Positions 1 through 13,194 of a stretch of 64,000 nucleotides of DNA are shown one piece after another. This DNA comes from Octopus vulgaris (lineage: Eukaryota). Every line of letters begins with the position of its first letter. The stretch's first letter is position 1. The stretch is from contig OX597817.1 in the NCBI GenBank assembly GCA_951406725.2, positions 17,174,001-17,238,000 on the forward strand, read 5' to 3'. The notes below the pieces were generated by a model that was given only the letters and a program-made list of their open reading frames with translations, was not told the DNA's origin and ran no database searches. The position numbers and the translations under genes were made by a program.

Positions 1-798
1 CAAAACTTCAGCTTGCATGAGAAAATAGAGTATTGGACTTGTATGATTGGGGGAAAAACAAGATAAATTTCAACAATGATTAAAATTTTATTTTAAATTG
101 CTACCTTGCAAGATAAACAAAATAATATCCAAATAAGGATTATATACAGTCAATAAATCTCAGATATATATACACTTGCAGATGTTTAAATGCAAAAAGG
201 TATGTCACAACAAGAGTATTGATGACTGAAATGAGATGTTGGGTTAAAATCTTTAGAAATGTTAGTAATAATAGTACTACTACTACAAATGCTGATAACA
301 ATGTAGTCTTAAGCATTGTAAAGTATCTTGCTGAAGAACTAAACAGTACCTGTGACAAAGTGCAAGTGCACCAAGTCCATATCTTACCCGTTTGAATACT
401 GAGCCACCCTAGTAAAAACTCCTTTTTTTGTTTTAATTCCCTTTTTAAATCTTATAGCTTGTAGAGGAACAATTACAATTCAATTCTAGAATGAATTGAC
501 ACTGTTATAATACTTATTTTATCAGCAAACGAAAAGTAACATTAAACCTAGTAGGCTGGCCTTGTGCCTAAATTAGAAACAATTATTGTTACTTTGACAA
601 GGAAAAGTGAAAATTTTTATAAAGTGTACAGAGGAGTAGTCATTGAAATCAACTCCAATGTATTATTTTATTGATAGTTGAAAAAAGAAAATTAACCCCA
701 ATAAGGTTTAAACTTAGAAGAGAAGCAAAACGAAGCACCGTATGATAGTTTAGTCTGGTGTTCTACCATTTCTGTCGGCTCACTGTCCTTGAGGACAG

Positions 799-1179
799 TC
801 TTTATATATAAAAGTGAAGTTGTGTGAGTGTCTGTCTCCTACGATTTAGATTCCTAACTACTCCCACATTTTGCGGTGCAGTTTAACCAAAAGCGGGTAT
901 CTTATAGTCGTGATTCATATCGAGCCCTTCTGGGTATTAGCATGAATCTACGATTTAAAAAAAAATTTACCATAATTTTTTTCCATTTTAATGCATTTTT
1001 TCGCTATTATATAAGGGAAGTAACTCTCTAAAAATGTCTATGATGAGTCAACGATTTAAAAAAAAATTTACCATCATTTTTGATGCATTTTTTTTGCTAT
1101 TTTTTGGCTATAACTCTCTAAAAATGCTTATATAGTTATTTCCCTTACAAACCCGAACAACGCCGGGCAATACTGCTAG
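799..1179 (+). mobile_element. Non-autonomous Helitron
   Basis: 5' TC-TTTATATATAAAAG; subterminal hairpin CCCG-aacaacgc-CGGG; 3' CTAG followed by T. Confidence 0.75.
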
Positions 1180-4100
1180 TAGTAATATAAAGATGTCTGA
1201 TTTTGAAAATAAAACACACATACAAACACATATCAACTTTAGTATATTACTAGTATTTTATTCACACCACTGTAAAGAGATGAAAGGCAAAAATCATTGC
1301 TGGTGGGTTTTCATCTCAGGTCATAACTAGTTAATACAAGGTACCATTTCATTTGACATTCTACTATTCCTAGATATTCAATTATACAGATGGTGACCGT
1401 CTTCAATTTGTTGTTCTTGCTTAGCTCGAAGTTAGCCCTCCTTGTTTGTTCAGACATTATGAGCAAAGGTGTTTCAGGTATGACCAAATTGTCACATTGG
1501 ATAGTATAATCTTGAACCACATAGTATGGGATAACTTGAAGGAGAGTTAGCAGCTATTTCTAACAGATAAAGAATCTATGTAGAGACCACTTCAATACCT
1601 TCAGTTTATAGTTGTTATAGGTAGTAATTACTTCATTAATTGTATTGATACAACTAAGTTCTGTACTGGCAGAATTATAGTGACTCATAAAAGGCAATAA
1701 TAGGAATCTTTGTAATATTAAGAGCTTCAATTATAACAATGGTTTCTAATTTAAGCACAAGGTCAGAGATTTTGAAGAAAGGAACTTAGTTGATGCCATC
1801 AACCCCAGTATTAGACTGGTACTTTATCTTTATTGACCCCAAAGGTATGAAAGGCAAAACTGACCTTGGTAGAATTTGAATTCAGAAAATAAAAAAAAAG
1901 CAGAAGAAACATTGCATCTACCTTATTTTTTTTGCATAGGCACAAGACCAGAAATTTGAGGGGAGGGGTTAGTTGACTAAGTCAACTCCAGTACTTGACT
2001 GGTACTTTATTTTATAAGTCGACAGGATTTGAACACAAAATGTAAATAGCCAGATTGCTGCAAATATATATTTTTGATGCTCTAATAATTCTGCCCTATA
2101 AAGATAATAATAATAATAATAATAACCATTTTTTTTTTATTATTTGGAAAGAGATATCTTGTCTCAAAAATACAAAAGTGGGAAAATGAGAATTTATGCA
2201 AACACATTAGCAAACAAGTGGAGTCAATAGGAAACCAAACCAGGATGAAAAGTTTTGTTCACTGACAACACAGACCATTGCACTATAGATCAACCACCAA
2301 TACCACCATCACCACAATAACAATAATAATTTCTAACATAGGCACAACGAAAACCAACAAATTTTGGGGAACAGAACAGTCAATTATATCGACCCCAGTA
2401 TTATTTGGTATTTTGTATTTTTTTTTTTATCGACTCCGAAAGGATGAAAGGCTACATTGACACTGGTGGGATTCTTACTCAGTATGTGAAGGGATATAAC
2501 TATAAACTGCAAGGTAGTTTGTCTTCTGCTCTATCAATTCTGCCATAATAATGAATGTATAGTAAGGTCTGTATTTCTTTTTAAAGAGTATTCTAAGCCA
2601 ACAGCTAGAAATACAGAGACTGGGAGATTGATAGTTTGAAATTCAAAGTAAAACAGGCTTGTTTCCTCTCCAACTTTTAACAATTTAATCATTTTTTTTT
2701 TCTTTAAGCAGTAAATGACATAAAAATAGTTTGTTCTTCTTTTTTAAATTATGTGTGTGTGTGTGTGTGTAAGTATATATGTTTATGTATATATACACAT
2801 ACATACATTTTGTTTATTAAGAAATAAAGGTCAGTGTTACATACACACACGCACACACATATATATATATATTACAGATATGCGCACACAGACATACAAA
2901 TGTACACACAAACAGAAAAAAGATACGCAAACACACATAGATAAATTACAGAGGTAAATGATGTAAAGTGAGAAATAAATTCAGTATTGGATATTTTACA
3001 TAGAAAAGTTTCATATTTTATTCGTGGTTCTGGATCAAACTAAAAAAATGGTCCTTCAGCTTAATATCCATTTAAAAAATATATATATACACATGATAAA
3101 ACACATACACACACACATACACAAACAAAATCGATGATATAGAACAGGAACTACCAGAAGTATATAGACTAGTAGTTAGTTTGAAATCAACGTTGGACCT
3201 GGTATTAATTCCAGTTAAATAGCTGCATTGTTCATTTGTAAAATGCGATAGGGAGAAAAAATCACAGACTGGGTATGTTTGCATGCTTTACACAGTAAAC
3301 ACAATAGAGTCTAGAGCAAGTGATAGAAAGTTCTACCTCAGCAGAGATATCTTTTTGCTTAACTACACAAGTTCTGTGATGGAGCTGAAATATGAAATCA
3401 TGCTATAAAATTTATGTCCCACAACAAGAGTGGCGATCTGCTTGGAATTAGTAAAGTTATACTATGTCAAAGGTTGACGCTATAAAAAAATAAAAATTGG
3501 AACAAGAAATTCAAATCGAATGGAAGACCGTATTATTATGCAGATATTTATCATCTCTGGAAAATATTTTATCTCAATGTAGAGCTGAATATTATTGAAA
3601 ATAAAAACATTAGCACCAGTGCTAGCTTACAGGTGCATATCTATGCACTCTTACAGACACATATACATACAAATGTATGCAAATCAAACAAGTTACTAAT
3701 GAAATAACTGTTCTGTTTCTGGTTTAACTACATGTCTCATTAAATAATAATTAAGGCATCTAATAGATAACTGCTTCTGGGTTGGATTAATTTCATTCAA
3801 CCATCAAATACATATAACACAAATTGTGTTCTTATATTCACTCACCAAACACAGATTCATAAAAATCATTTCTTGACAATCAAGAATATACTAAAACCAT
3901 GCTCTGGCAATAGCAAAACACTAATCAGATGAACTCTAATCTCTAGGTCCTATGTTTAGCAAAATACCAAGTCACATCCACCTGATAGTTAAAATGAAAA
4001 CCAAGTAAATGATATGCAAGTTGGGTTATGTGTTCTTGTAAAAATGAAAACATAGCTGCTAATTAATCAATCAAAGCATGATCGAATTGCCTGTATATAA

Positions 4101-4777
4101 TGAGATTTATAAAGCTAATTAATACTAGTGCATAGCAATTATGTCTAAATTTTAATAGTTTAATAGACACTAAATAAACTAACCAGGCAAACTAAATGGA
4201 AATGTTCCAGATTAATTTTGAAGATGAAATATTGACTGAAATCATTACAGAATAACAGACTGAAGAATAAAGGAGAAGGAATATGAGAGAAGCTGCAACA
4301 TACAGAGGTTATTCAGGCCTTTATTTTAGTACCACATAACAACATTTGAACACCATTTTATCTATTTCTTTGTAGGACTAACTGGTTGTTTCAATTTGAT
4401 TTTACTCATCTCCCCTTGTATACCTATCAGGTGATACCAGTTTGATTTCTATTTGTTATTCAATTTAAAGTGAACTAATCGTAGCAACAAATATTCTGTC
4501 CTGTTACTTATAGCAAACAAGCTCTGATTTACCTTGAGATGGAGCTCAGCATGTCCATCTTTGATGTTTAATAAAGTTTATCTTTTTCAGTTTTTCTTTA
4601 ATCCACAAGTACAACTGATCAAATCTATAAGGGAAGGGAACGATGCAAAGTTTGATGACTTGCATCTTGATTAAATAGCAATCAATTCAAGGTAAAAACA
4701 GTAGTCACCTGGGCTTACAGGGAGACAACAGTATTGACAACAACAATAACAATAACTATGTAGTAATCTTTGCTTAA

Positions 4778-4864
4778 TCAACCAAGTAGTTTTTTAGTGA
4801 AGTTGGCAGGAAAAACTCCTTGTATACCATCCGACTGTTTAATCCCCATTAGCCAGCCGTCATC
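4778..4864 (-). CDS. Amph: Amph terminal coding exon: [28 protein letters not shown]
   Basis: ttgcag acceptor; GWLMG and GVFPANF SH3 motifs; TGA at 4778-4780. Confidence 0.95.
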   Translation of the reverse strand, partial: DDGWLMGIKQSDGIQGVFPANFTKKLLG

Positions 4865-5172
4865 CTGCAAATTGAAAAATAAGAGAAAAATATTAAAGAA
4901 GGAATAAAATCAAATCTACTCCACTCTACAACCATTTGTTTCTACTTAATTGACTTTAAACAAACACAAAGATAAATCTAAGAAAATAGAGAAATTTAGC
5001 ACCTAAAATTGAGAAAAACCCAGAAAATATATAAAATGACACTAAGTAGATCAAAGCCAATCACTACTCCAGCCATCATAAACATTTTACATCATTGTTT
5101 TTTGTTTTATGTTTACAAGGGTTGGATAGTTTTTCTTCAGCATGGTGTCTCTTCAAGTATTACAGTCTTTTG

Positions 5173-5959
5173 GGATCTCTTCAGTTTCGCTCACAGATTA
5201 AAAAATCTTTTTTAACTAAACAGTTTAAAATTTCATATACTGGTGTAATTTCTCACACTGAACACAGTTTACTTTCAACATTTTTGACAAAATTTCATAA
5301 TTATCAGTTATTTTGTGTTAAAGTTGTTGTATTTGGGTAATTTTAATGTGTATTCAGCTGAAGAAAGCTACTGCTGTTGGTGATAGTAATCAAAGAGCAA
5401 CAACTTCCAAGTCATCTCTACTAAATGTCACCACTGTTATATTTTATTTTTGTTTACTACCTGAGTTGCATATTACACACTTTGTTTTATTTTTATTATT
5501 TGCCTCTTTGTACATGTGCCTGTGTTAATTTTGTGATTATTTTCACCAATCTGTTGTATTTTATTTTTGTTTACTGCCTGTGTTGCATACTACAAGCTTT
5601 ATTTGCTTTTAGGTCGCCTCTTTGTACAAAAAACCCCCCCAAAAAACAAAGCATGTAACATGCAACACAGGCAGTAAACAAAAATAAAATGGAACATAGC
5701 GGTGACATTTAGTAGAGATGACTCGGAAGTTGTTGCTTTTCGATTACTATTACAAACAGCAGTAGCTTCCTTCAGTTGAATACAAGTCGTTGATTGGTTA
5801 AAATTACCCAAATACAACTTTAACACAAAATAACTTCTAATATACGAAATTTTGTCAAAAACGCGTTGAGTGTGAGAAATTACACCAGTATACAAAATTT
5901 CAAACTGTTTAGTTTTAAAAAAATCATTTAAAAATCTGTGAGCAAAACTGAAGAAATCT
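5173..5959. mobile_element. Long-TIR foldback/MITE with 8-bp TSD
   Basis: ~330-bp diverged inverted arms; GTCTTTTG at 5165-5172 and 5960-5967. Confidence 0.8.
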
Positions 5960-5999
5960 GTCTTTTGTCATCATCAAGAAGTTAAGGCACCTGAGGTCA

Positions 6000-6470
6000 G
6001 CTTCCATCAACTCTTCCAGTGACCTCCTTAGTCTTCTTTAATAGCTTCCTTCAACTTGAATCATAGTTTTTTTTACCCAAATGTCATCCTCCATACACAT
6101 TACAAGTTCATACTAGTGTAGTCTTCTCTCTTGTACACTGCAATGATTCCTCTTATATCCAGCTTTCCTTCCAGCACATCTACGCTCCTTCATACACACT
6201 AACATTATACATTCATCAAAGCAATGCTTACCTCATTTCTTTCCAATGTATTATACATCCTCTGCTTTCAACACTCCTCTCCTGCCACCATGCTACAAAG
6301 AACTGTGCACACAAACATCAAACAATCTGCCTTTCACTTGGAGAAGTCCTTTGCTGCTAGTAAAGGCTATAGCTCCTTCAACTTTTTCCTCCCTGTTCTT
6401 ACTCTGTCTACAACACTTTCAGAACATCTACTACCACTGCTAATTAAGTCATTTATCAATTACTTTCATG
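6000..6470 (-). mobile_element. Degraded RTE C-terminal fragment
   Basis: Minus-strand similarity to the RTE ORF end. Confidence 0.55.
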
Positions 6471-6496
6471 GAGCCTCTTGAACATTTGAAGGAATT

Positions 6497-6866
6497 TGTG
6501 GTAAGTAGCTTGCTAACCAACCACATGGTTCCGGGTTCAGTCCCACTGCGTGGCATCTTGGGCAAGTGTCTTCTGCTATAGCCCCGGGCCGACCAATGCC
6601 TTGTGAGTGGATTTTGTAGACAGAAACTGAAAGAAGCCTGTCGTATACATGTATATATATGTGTGTGTGTGTCTCTTTGTCCCCCTAGCATTGCTTGACA
6701 ACCGATGCTGGTGTGTTTACGTCCCCGTCACTTAGCGGTTCAGCAAAAAGAGACCGATAGAATAAATACTGGGCTTACAAAGAATAAGTCCCGGGGTCGA
6801 TTTGTTCGACCAAAGGCGGTGCTCCAGCATGGCCGCAGTCAAATGACTGAAACAAGTAAAAGAGTA
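6497..6866 (+). mobile_element. tRNA-derived SINE, family A (CORE-like CCTTGGGCAAGT segment)
   Basis: A/B-box-like head, internal (TA)(TG) tract; several near-identical copies in the window. Confidence 0.9.
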
Positions 6867-6899
6867 TATGCTCATAACAGAACAGAAATGTTCCCTTAC

Positions 6900-7001
6900 C
6901 ATTTCATCAGGATTATCTGGTTCAATAACATCAATAACTTCACCAGCTTCAAATGTTAATTCATCACTATCTGCTTGTGAATAGGGATGTGTTGCTTGAA
7001 C
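6900..7001 (-). CDS. Amph: Amph SH3 exon, 102 nt: [34 protein letters not shown]
   Basis: tttag/gtaagg; SH3 RT-loop motif (AxHxY...DELTF). Confidence 0.95.
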
Positions 7002-7285
7002 CTAAATAAAATGCAGAAAAGAATAGAATTAAAATCGAGCCAGATTGTTGATAAAACGAAATGTAAGCAGATCAAATATACTGTTATATGCTTCTGTATG
7101 TAGGATGTATAGAGGTTGGAAATGAGTGAATATCAGGTCAGAGATCTGATTGCCTGTAACAGAGATCTGTTACAGGTAACCAGGGAAACTAGTATAGTTT
7201 GTGAATAGCTGGACTAACAATAACTGAAGTAGTAAACCCAACAAGCTTGTTTAGTAAGGATGGTGGTATTTCGATATTTTAATTT

Positions 7286-7790
7286 GGGTGGTGAGCTGGC
7301 AGAAACGTTAGCACGCCAGGCGAAATGCTTAGCGGTATTTTGTCTGCCGCTACGTTCTGAGTTCAAATTCTGCCAAGGTCGACTTGGCCTTTCATCCTTT
7401 CGGGGTGGATTAAATAAGTACCGGTTACGCACTGGGGTCGATATAATCGACTTAATCCGTTTGTCTGTCCTTGTTCGTCCCCTCTGTGTTTAGCCCCTTG
7501 TGTCATCTCTTGTGAAAGGTAAGAGAGTCCAGTTTGCTGGACATTGTTGTAGAGCTGAAAAAGAGGTAATTTCTACTCTTCTCCTCTGGAAGCCATCTAT
7601 TCGCAATACCAGAGGGCGCACACTCTCCTACCCTGATGTAATCTCCAGGGATACAGGCATCCAGCAACAGGACCTCCGTAATGCCATGATGGACCGTGAA
7701 GTCTGGCATAGCATGGTAAATTCCATTGTCTCGACCACGGTCGAACAATGATGATGATTATTAGCCCCTCGTGGGTAGCAAAGAAATAGG
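7286..7790 (+). mobile_element. SINE family B (GCCTTTCATCCTTTCGGGGTCGATAAA central domain), split by a LINE
   Basis: GGCGAGCTGGCAGAAA head, GAGTTCAAATTC B-box; repeated at 16661, 24560, 28421 and 59190. Confidence 0.88.
7503..7760 (+). mobile_element. Short 5'-truncated LINE (second RTE-like family) inserted into a SINE 3' end
   Basis: 'RVQFAGHCCRA...RNAMMDREVW' C-terminus; (GAT)n tail; TSD TTAGCCCCT(T/C)GTG. Confidence 0.85.
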
Positions 7791-8911
7791 TATTTGGATA
7801 CTTTACAGAATGAAAAATAAAACCTATAAAAAGAGCAGATGAATCCAAGAGAGTCAGCTGTCATACAATACTGACTTGGTGTTCCATGGCATCAATTTAA
7901 ATGGGATGAAATGCATCCCATTGTGAATGTCTATCAGTCAGTAGCTAAAGTAGCTGTAGACTCAGTATGTCATTGATTTGATGTTGCCTGGTGTGCATAC
8001 TAAAGCTTACTGAGAGAGAGCAGCTGCTATTAACTTCAGAAGCCACTATCACTTAAATTCTTTGCAAACAATTTTATGAAATAATGTTGATAAGTCAAAA
8101 GTGTACAGGACAGATCCCTCAAGGATCATGCTGGCATGTCTTCTACTCTGAGCAGTCACAAAAGTTCACTAAGTTACATGCAATCAAGTTTTGATGTAGC
8201 TCAATGGAATGATAAAGCATAGCTGGACAGAGAAGACACTGAGTGATCGTGAAGATGCATTGAACTCATGGAATCAAAGTTGGAATGATACAAATTGATA
8301 CGACTGTTTTTGGCAAGGCCAGACAACTAGATATGACAATATTGTGGAAAGTTGGAAACCAGCAGAGTTTCATCAAAAATGAAATGGTATTATGGTCAAA
8401 TAAGACTAGATAGTGAATTTGAGAGTTGGCATTGGAAAAGGAACCTATACTGTTTTCAACTGACCTGAGACCATAAACCTTTTCCCTAATTATTTCAGAG
8501 TGAAATTCTCAACCACAAAGTAATGCTGACACCTTTGGATTTGTTTACCAGGCCTCTTTTAATGTAGAAGGGCTTGTAGATTAAAAACAAAGTCTCCTTT
8601 CTGCCAGAATATAGAGACATTGTGAACGAGCAGTATCAATAGTCAACCAAACTATGAAAACAGAATGATTATTCCTATTGTTTGCAAATATATTATAGTA
8701 AGCTGTGTCATATTTTACATTCAATAACACTTGTCTTAAAAACACATGTTTGTAAAGCTACTGTAATTTCAGTTGTAGCCAGACAAACTCCCTTGATATA
8801 TGCAAAATAAAAAAAAAATGTTACATAGTCAAAGGGCACTTGCTTATTTTATTATCCTTCAGTAAAATACTTAACATTCAAGATGATTCAAGCAAGATGA
8901 TTTTCATTGAT

Positions 8912-9277
8912 ATGTAAAAAGCACCATTCAAGCGTAGTCGATGCCAGTGCTGCTTGACTGGTCCTGTGCCGGTGGCACATTAAAAGCACCATTTGAGCGT
9001 GATCATTGCCAGTGCTGCCTGACTGGTTCCTGTGCTGGTGGCACATAAAAAGCACCATTCAAGCATGGCTGATGCCAGTACCACCTGACTGGCATGTAAA
9101 AAGCACCCACTACACTTTCAAAGTGGTTGGTGTTAGGAAGGGCATCCAGCTGTAGAAACTTTGCAAGATTGGATTGGAGCCTGGTACAGCCTCCTGGCTT
9201 GCCAGCCCTCAGCCAAACCGTTCCAACCCATGCCAGCATGAAAAGCGGACGTTAAACAACAATGATGATGATGATGA
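8912..9277 (+). mobile_element. RTE 3'-UTR fragment
   Basis: Matches 58140-58507 including the (GAT)n tail. Confidence 0.85.
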
Positions 9278-10015
9278 AATAAACTCTACTAAAGTTAACC
9301 TAAATGTTTGAGCAGTGGCCAACAGATCTAATTAGATAGACAAAGTTTTAGTCTAGTTTAGTTAGACTAGAATGAGTTGCAGGTGAAACTGGAGTAAAAC
9401 TTTTACAAGTTGGAACCATTTGAAATGTAATATTGTAATGTTAACAATACTTAATGTTCTGCCAATACTGACAACACTTCTATTTTACATTACAAGGAAC
9501 ATTGATAAAAATGCTGGTAATGAAGATGTTTGTTATTTTCACCTTAGTTTTCGATTATTCTGCCATTACCTAAAACACAGCCTTGTCTTGCTGAAAACAA
9601 CTAAGGGGATCATTTTTTTTAAGTTAGGAAGAAGAGTAGAGCCTGTGATCTTTACAGGATTTCCCAGACTGATGAAATGAATGTAGTTGATGTCCAGTTC
9701 ATAGAACTGTAGAGAAAATATGAACAGTTGGGGGGGGGGGGGGTCTGGCCTGAATGCTTGCAACAAAGTGAACTCTGCTAAAGCTGCTCCAAAACCAACA
9801 GGTGAGTTTAAATTGTAAGGTGTGTTAGACCTTCTCCTCATTTCTCTAAGCCTCTTGAATTATCTGTTGTGGAATTGAAACTCAAAATTGTGAGTTACTC
9901 ATCTGATGTGTTTAAGACTATTTTGCCATAAATATTATTATGGGTAACAGAAAGTTACCCAGAATAACAAATTCTATCGTAAAATTTTGTTGTATACCCA
10001 ATTGAATATTAGCTA

Positions 10016-10304
10016 ATAACCCATTTTCTATAGCGATGTTTGAACAAAATTTTAATAATTTTATATTTTGTTGAATTTAACTGTATCTAACTGCAATTAG
10101 AGTCACTTTGTGACAAAATTTATAGTATAGAATTGGTTGAGAACATTTCATTAAATTATCTTCCAAAAATCAAATTAATATATTGATAAATAAAAAAGTT
10201 ATAGTTGTTTAATGAAACTAGACTAAATTTATGATTATGTTAGAAATTAATTGAAACACATAAGGGGTGTATTTTGGTTAGAAATATAGTAACGAAAGGG
10301 TTAA
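10016..10304. mobile_element. piggyBac-like MITE
   Basis: (A)TAA-CCC...AAAGGG-TTAA ends. Confidence 0.55.
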
Positions 10305-10338
10305 ACCTCCAGCTAGTTCAAGAACTTACATATTTATC

Positions 10339-10676
10339 AAAATCGATCAACATCAATGGAAATCGTAGCTGTGATACCAGTGCCGGTGGCACATAAGAGA
10401 ACCATCTGAACGTGGCCATTGCCAGCGCCGCCCCGACTACCTCCATGCCAGTGGCACGTAAAAAGCACCATCCAATCATGGCCGTTTGCCAGCCTCATCT
10501 GGCACGTAAAAAGCACCCACTACACTCATGGAGTGGTTGGCTTTAGGAAGGGCATCCAGCCGTAGAAACATTGCCAGATCAGACTGGGCTTGATGCAGCC
10601 TCCTGGCTTCCCAGACCCCAGTTGCACCGTCCAACCCATGCCAGCATGGAAAACGGATGCTAAACGATGATGATGA
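10339..10676 (+). mobile_element. RTE 3'-UTR fragment
   Basis: Matches the RTE 3' UTR. Confidence 0.85.
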
Positions 10677-10814
10677 CTGAAGGAGAATGAAAATGAAAGT
10701 TGATATAAATAGGATTTAAATCCAAAGCTAGTAAATATTTAGTTTTCTTATCAACTTGACTCAGTTTAACAATAAGAAAAGAAAAATCAAGAATAAAGAG
10801 AAGAGAATACATAC

Positions 10815-11033
10815 TTGATATAGTATACCATCTGGAAGCTTTTTAAGGGACTGGTTGTTTGGAGGTACTTCATAGAGACTAGAATCTTCAAGGCATGACT
10901 GATATTCTGAAACATTCTCTTCGCAAACACTTACTGAGCCTGCAGAATCCTCAGATGGTTTAGCAGCTGCCTGTAGACTTGGTGAAGTACGTTGAAAGAC
11001 TGGTTCAGAACTCTCTCCACTGTTAGGGTGTTC
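10815..11033 (-). CDS. Amph: Amph linker/SH3-start exon, 219 nt: EHPNSGESSEP...SSLYEVPPNNQSLKKLPDGILYQ
   Basis: tcacag/gtatgt; 73 open codons; ends in 'LPDGILYQ', like amphiphysin 'LPPGFMFK'. Confidence 0.88.
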
Positions 11034-11326
11034 CTGTGAATAGTGAAAATTTAAAACACTCCAATTATTTACAAGTGTGTGTGTGTGTGTGTATAAGTAA
11101 AGACATTATGGCTGAGTGTTTAAAAAGTTTGATGAGATCTTAGGTTTGATCTCACAGCATGGCACCTTGGGCAAGTGTCTTGTATAACCTTTAAATGCTA
11201 AAAGCCTTGTGAATGAAATAGGTTTCAACATGTGAAAACCTGTTGAATAAACTGTACCAGTAATTCAAAAGGCCAGCTTTGTCACACTGTGTGCATTGAT
11301 TCTGCCTGAAGATTACATTAAAAGTA

Positions 11327-11705
11327 CGGTGGCACGTTAAAAGCTCCAACCGATCATGGACGATGCCGGACACCCCTGGCACCTGTGCAGGTGGCATGTA
11401 AAAAGCACCCACTACACTCGCGGAGTGGTTGGCGTTAGGAAGGGCATCCAGCTGTAGAAACTCTGCCAGATCAGACTGGAGCCTGGTGCAGCCCCTGGCT
11501 TCCCAGACCCCGGTCGAACCATCCAACCAGTGCTAGCGCGGAAAACGGACGTTAAACGATGATGATGATGAGTCTGGCAGTGATTCAACTGTAGAAACAC
11601 TGCCAGATCAGACTGGAGCCTGATGCAGCCCCTGGCTTCCCAGACCCCAGTCGAACCATCCAACCCATGCTAGCACGGAAAACGGACGTTAAACGATGAT
11701 GATGA
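11327..11705 (+). mobile_element. RTE 3'-UTR fragment with a duplicated terminal ~115 bp
   Basis: Two successive (GAT)n-ended termini. Confidence 0.85.
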
Positions 11706-11866
11706 ACCATTTACAGGTTAATTGAATAAATAAGTAGTTCAATTAAGCAATGGAGTAATCAGTGTCAAAACTAACAAACAATCCAATCATTCATATAGAT
11801 GTAGAATATTTTAATTTGTCCAAGTTGTTGTTATTTAACCCCAACATTTTTAATTTGACAACTTCA

Positions 11867-12227
11867 ATCAGAATCGAAATCGATCAATGGAAATTGTAGC
11901 TGAGTTACCAGTGCCGGTAGCACGTAAGAGAACCATCCGAACGTGGCCGTTGCCAGCGCCGCCCCGACTGGCCTTGTGCCGGTGGCACGTAAAAAGCACC
12001 ATCCGTTTGTGGCCATTGCCAGCCTCGCCTGGCCCCCATGCTGGTGGCACATAAAAAGCACCCACTACGCTCATGGAGTGGTTGGCTTTAGGAAGGGCAT
12101 CCAGCCGTAGAAACATTGCCAGATCAAACTGGGCCTGATGAAGCCTTCTGGCTTGCCAGACCCCAGTTGAACCATCCAACCCATGCTAGCATGGAAAGCG
12201 GACGCTAAACAATGATGATGATGATGA
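11867..12227 (+). mobile_element. RTE 3'-UTR fragment
   Basis: Matches the RTE 3' UTR. Confidence 0.85.
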
Positions 12228-12778
12228 ACTTCATTAACTTGGTTATGGTAGTAGAAGTCGCTGTTATCCTAATCATTGAGGATGGCCACATAACATTTCG
12301 TGCTACTTTGAATAACAGTTTGCAAAAATGCCACACATTTGTCACTATCAACTCATCAGGTGATGTATCTCTCTCTTTTTACTACAATCTTAGATAGGAT
12401 TTATATGGAAATCTGGAATTCACGAGAAACTGAAATGAAGCTCTTTAACCAAATGTGTGATCCAATAAAAAGCAAGATATGTTTCCCTAACAATTCTTGA
12501 ATTTTAATCAGTACTAAGATGATAAAACCATAATTTCCAATGAATTTGATATCTTAAAATGAATGAAATTCTTGTTACAAGTTACTGAAAAATTATTAAG
12601 CCATAATCTGTTCAACAGTAAACAAATTCTTAAGGAAGCAATCAGAATTAGGAAAGATTTTGTGAAAGAAAAGCAAAAATATTATGGACAAATAATAAGA
12701 ATTAGCAAAAATGAAATGGTATTATGGTCAAATAAGACTAGATAGTAAATTTGAGAGTTGGCATTGGAAAAGGAACCT

Positions 12779-13024
12779 ATAAATGCGCCCTTTTAAAGCC
12801 TAGCCAGGCTCATGGGCCTGGTTTCCCGGTTTCAATGGCGAATGTGTTCCCCAGCTCAACGGGACACCAGTCCATTGGAGCGTTACTCATTTTTGCCAGC
12901 TGAGTGGACTGGAGCAACGTGAAATGAAGTGTTTTGCTCAAGAACACAACGCATCGCCCGGTCCAGGAATCAAAACCACAATCTTATGCTGACACCCTAA
13001 CCACTAAGCCATGCGCCTCCACTA
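12779..13024 (-). mobile_element. tRNA-derived SINE, family C (Meta-domain-like)
   Basis: Head GGAGGCGCATGGCTTAGTGGTTAG; TTGAGCAA...GTTGCTCCAGTCCACTCAGCTG central domain. Confidence 0.85.
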
Positions 13025-13111
13025 AATTTATATTGAAGTGGAAGAATGTGACTAATAAAAGAGTTGATAGCTTAAGATACAGTAAAAGAGGTAAAATTTT
13101 GTATTGCCTAC

Positions 13112-13194
13112 TTGGTTACTGATGGCCACATTTTGATAAAGCTCAGACTCTGGTTCATCGATATCCTCTTGACTAGGACAAATTGTTGTATTTT
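13112..13194 (-). CDS. Amph: Amph linker exon, 83 nt: NTTICPSQEDIDEPESELYQNVAISNQ
   Basis: ttccag/gtaggc; phase 1 in, phase 0 out. Confidence 0.75.

Noticed and set aside
1-4777. Second gene or defined 3' UTR end
   Set aside because: No credible coding exons; a polyadenylation site cannot be assigned from AT-rich sequence alone.
12280-12365. Minus-strand CTGATGA...CGAAA
   Set aside because: No convincing stem II closure or stem I; probably chance.
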